64,000 nt of DNA from the NCBI GenBank assembly GCA_965235115.1, contig OZ249438.1, positions 9,672,001-9,736,000 on the forward strand, in the 5' to 3' direction. The position numbers were made by a program, and so were the translations under genes. Origin of the DNA: Laetmonice hystrix (Eukaryota). Below are positions 62,343 through 64,000 of the stretch, piece by piece. The notes beneath the pieces are model-generated. The model was not told where the DNA came from. It did no database searches and saw only the letters and a list, made by a program, of their open reading frames with translations. The stretch's first letter is position 1, and every line of letters begins with the position of its first letter.

Positions 62343-64000
62343 TGAGGTAACAGCAGTTCTGATTCTCGCGAGACTCTGCGTGAGGTGGCGTGATTGATTG
62401 CAACTATCCGGAGCAACAGCCGGGGGTATTTTAGGTTATGTTAGAGGGGGTCGCCTGGTGATGTTGGGAGGGGGCATAGCCCCACGTGGACCGGTGTCAG
62501 GAAGGACAATGACCACGCGTGCCGGGATGGATCCCATTCCCACGTGGACTAAGCCCAACGTGACGGAGGGAAGGACCCCAGACGTGGACGGTGGACGGGA
62601 CGGGAACGATCATTGGCTCCACGTGTCTGAAATTGGGGACGGCCCCCCGCCCACACCCACACCCACACCCCAAACGTGGCCGAGTGTAGGCCCCAAACCA
62701 GGCCCATATGGTTGAGGCCATGTCTCGGGGAGTACACCCCCTCAACAGGTCAAGTCGCTCGAGTATTGTTTGATCAGACCAGAAATGTTTACCGAATCTC
62801 CCGTGGAGACCGTGCCTCACTGACATGAGGTACACAGCAGGCCATACATATATTTACTGAGAGGATTCTTCCCAGTTTTTCCCATCGAAAGCACTCACTT
62901 GTCGCTTCTTGTACTTGAAAGTGCTGAAAGCGTTGTTAAACTCCGTAAACCTCTGCCACAGCATGACGGGTAGCACGTCAGTTTACAGTCACAGGTGGCG
63001 ACGATTTCAGCGCCCCCATACGATACAGTTTGGAACCAGATGACCATTTTTTCAAAAATGAGTCTATTTTTTGGGCGTAAGAATTAATTGTGACCATGTG
63101 GAATTAAATGTCGTTCGAACGCAGGCTTGCACTGTGGAGAGATAAAAGGCACATCTTTGTTTTCCTGGCCACTGGAATTGAATTCCGACTTGCCAGAATT
63201 AATTCCAAGTCACCAGGAATGAAAGTTTCCAACTATGTTCCATTGTACCCGACGGGTGAGCTAAGGTTCACCATTTCTCAGGGAGGCAGAATGATTGCAA
63301 GTGACGATTCCCGTACAGCCAATATGGCATGGGAATTCAAACAAAACTTCGTATCTCCTTCGGTGTTAATCCAATGGAAATGTCAGGTTGTTCTTACAGA
63401 CCCTAAAACAAACACTAACAAAATTTTCTCAGTCACCATCATGCAAGTCATGAATAAATGTTTATATTTTTGCATATTTGAATACCTCACCGAATGCAGA
63501 GCCATTTTACACTGCATAATTTTGCACGGCCGAATGTTAAACGTGGAGTCGGTTGGAGTTAAGAGTTGCCTGTCTTTATTTGCGCGGCTCATGTCGGTTT
63601 GGTTAATGCCGTCCTGGACGTGTCGTAGAACCCGGGTAGGGAGACGGCACAGTCAGCCGGCCGCATGACGAGCAATGCCTTAACGTCATATTAACATTTC
63701 CCATCAAGATCCCGGCGTGGCTGGCAGGAGTAGAAGTAAATAGTAGCAGGCTGACCGAGGTAACAACCAATTTCCTGCTGGCCTCACGGCTCTGTGCCGG
63801 CTGATCTGGCCGCGATCTGACCACCGAGTTCGTCTCGTATCTCCACTGGACCCACTCCCGCCAGTCGTCATGTGAGGGCGGCAGCAAATAGTGCCGTAAA
63901 GTGGGGGCCGTTTGCTAAGCCGCAGTCGGTTACATTTAATTTCCCTCCCAAGCGCGATGAACTTGTGGCGGTCAAACTGTGCGTGTGTTGTGAGGGGGGT

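Noticed and set aside
62497-62835. RFG...WSDQ motif resembling a retrotransposon integrase or BEL RNase H
   Set aside because: Motif spacing is wrong and there are no other catalytic residues or flanking pol domains.
63108-63668. 186-aa unique-sequence ORF
   Set aside because: No recognisable domain or Ig motif and no phase-compatible splice sites to continue PTK7; treated as a chance ORF pending a BLAST search.

Overview
Eukaryotic (metazoan, probably invertebrate; species not determinable) genomic DNA of roughly 50% GC, with two N gaps. The only well-supported coding content is four short internal + strand exons (22379-22527, 41150-41306, 46626-46756, 59142-59271). They join in frame across canonical GT-AG introns of 18.6, 5.3 and 12.4 kb and encode tandem Ig domains closely resembling the Ig2-Ig4 region of PTK7/Off-track. 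Neither the start nor the end of the gene is in the window. The rest appears intronic. About 30 different minisatellite arrays (16-92 bp units) make up roughly a quarter of the window by hand tally. There are also about 20 poly-G/poly-C tracts, one fold-back MITE and fragments of a related family. Nearly all long ORFs in the track are repeat read-throughs. The most interesting unexplained pattern is three sense-strand arrays whose units each rebuild a recursive-splice-like CAG|GT junction, two of them with a branch-point motif at the right distance. Other arrays multiply transcription-factor motifs (CRE, NR5A) or are built on palindromes. None of this establishes a new system; these are testable hypotheses. 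All counts were made by eye and array boundaries are approximate.
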